Shown here one piece after another: positions 62,457 to 64,000 of a stretch of DNA of 64,000 nucleotides. The stretch is taken from the NCBI RefSeq assembly GCF_006345805.1, contig NC_043003.1, positions 53,692,001 to 53,756,000 of the forward strand, in the 5' to 3' direction. The translations under genes were made by a program, and so were the position numbers. Position 1 is the stretch's first letter; the number at the start of each line of letters is the position of its first letter. The notes below the pieces were generated by a model. It saw nothing but the letters and a program-made list of their open reading frames with translations. It was not told the origin of the DNA and did no database searches. The stretch comes from Octopus sinensis. Taxonomy: Eukaryota.

Positions 62457-63110
62457 GTAAATTTACTGTTTTAAGTTGATTTGGCTAAAATTATTTATCC
62501 TTTTATTCTTTTACTTGTTTCAGTCATTTGACTGCAGTCATGCTGGAGCAACGTCTTTAGTTGAGCAAATCGACCCCAGGACTTATTCTTTGTAAGCCTA
62601 GTACTTATTCAATTGATTTCTTTTGCTGAACCGCTAAGTTACGGGGACGTAAATACACCAGCATCGATTGTCAAGCGATGTTGTGGGGACAAACACTGAC
62701 ACACACACTTACGAGCGCACGCACACACACACACACAATGGGCTTCTTTCATTTTCTGTCTACCAAATCCACTCAGTCCGAGGCTATAGTAGAAGACACT
62801 TGCCCTAGGTGCCACGCAGTGGAACTGAACCCAGAACCATGTGGTTCGTAAGCAAGCTACTTACCACACAGCCACTCCTGTACCTATTTGTTGATAATTT
62901 TAAATCCTTTTATTCTTTTACTTATTTCAGTCATTGGTTGTGGCCATACTGGAGCATCGCCTTGAAGGGTTTGGTACTGCTAAGCTATGGGAAACATAAA
63001 CAAACCAACACTAGTTGTCAAGTGGTAGACATGTGTATCTGTCTGTCTGTATGTATGTGTGTATGTACATGTATATACATATACACGCACACACATATTT
63101 ATATATATAT

Positions 63111-63682
63111 CTATCTACATCATCATCATCCTTTCTACTATAGGCACAAAGCCTGAAATTTGTGGGGAGGGAACTGGTTGATTACATCGACCCAGTGTGA
63201 AACTGGTACTTTATTTATTGACCCCTAGAGGATGAAAGGTAAAGTCGACCTCGGCGGAATTTGAACTCAACGTAGCGGCAGACGAAATACCGCTAAGCAA
63301 TCCGCCCGGCGTGCTAACGTTTCTGCCAGCTCACCGCATTATATTACTTCTACTACTACTGCTACTGCTGCTACTACTACTACTAATAATAATAATAATC
63401 CTTTCTACTATAGACACAAGGCCTATCTACATCATCATCATCCTTTCTACTATAGGCACAAAGCCTGAAATTTGTGGGGAGGGGACTGGTTGATTACATC
63501 GACCCAGTGTGAAACTGGTACTTTATTTATTGACCCCTAGAGGATGAAAGGTAAAGTCGACCTCGGCGGAATTTGAACTCAACGTAGCGGCAGACGAAAT
63601 ACCGCTAAGCAATCCGCCCGGCGTGCTAACGTTTCTGCCAGCTCACCGCATTATATTACTTCTACTACTACTGCTACTGCTG

Positions 63683-63774
<92 letters not shown>

Positions 63775-63816
63775 CCTTTCTACTATAGACACAAGGCCTA
63801 TCTACATCATCATCAT
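63111..63816 (-). repeat. Tandem duplication of a SINE + microsatellite unit (312 bp and 375 bp)
   Basis: Units start at 63111, 63423 and 63798 (partial). The non-microsatellite parts differ by a single substitution that I could see; the CTA/ATA tract is 63 nt longer in unit 2. Confidence 0.9.
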
Positions 63817-64000
63817 GAACATTGTTTAACATCCGCTCTCCATGGGTTGGATGGTTTGACATGGAGCTGGCTAGCAGGGGGCTGTCCAGATTCCAACTGT
63901 CTGTTGTGGCATGGTTTCTATGGCCGGATACCCTTTCTAATGCCAATCACTTAGCATGTTCTGGGTGCTTCTTACATACCACTGGCACAGGTGCATTTAC

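Overview
AT-rich, repeat-dense metazoan genomic DNA. The SINE/RTE repertoire and microsatellite load look like an octopus or other coleoid cephalopod; this is inference and no search was run. Two host genes lie on the + strand. (1) egghead/bre-3 beta-1,4-mannosyltransferase (GT2): a large terminal coding exon at 42732-44194, a small upstream coding exon at 40192-40228 that the ORF track misses, and probably a ~30-kb 5' leader from a CpG-rich promoter near 10.2-10.5 kb. (2) The 5' end of PFAS (FGAM synthase): coding exons 61208-61349 and 62327-62456, both absent from the ORF track, with a probable promoter and non-coding exon 1 near 56.3-56.5 kb. The rest is mostly mobile DNA: a Tc1 remnant, RTE LINEs (one family with a PHD finger inside the RT), an RTE-BovB-like 3' fragment, a CR1-type RT, a Chapaev3-like DNA transposon with nested insertions, piggyBac- and hAT-type MITEs, and several tRNA-derived SINE families. 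The most interesting signals not in the ORF track are three type I hammerhead-ribozyme-like motifs in three different small elements (one as the tail of a tRNA-headed SINE), a 146-bp hairpin, a coding-like orphan exon upstream of egh (possible uORF or bicistronic transcript), and a templated inverted insertion. Repeat boundaries are approximate unless TSDs are quoted.
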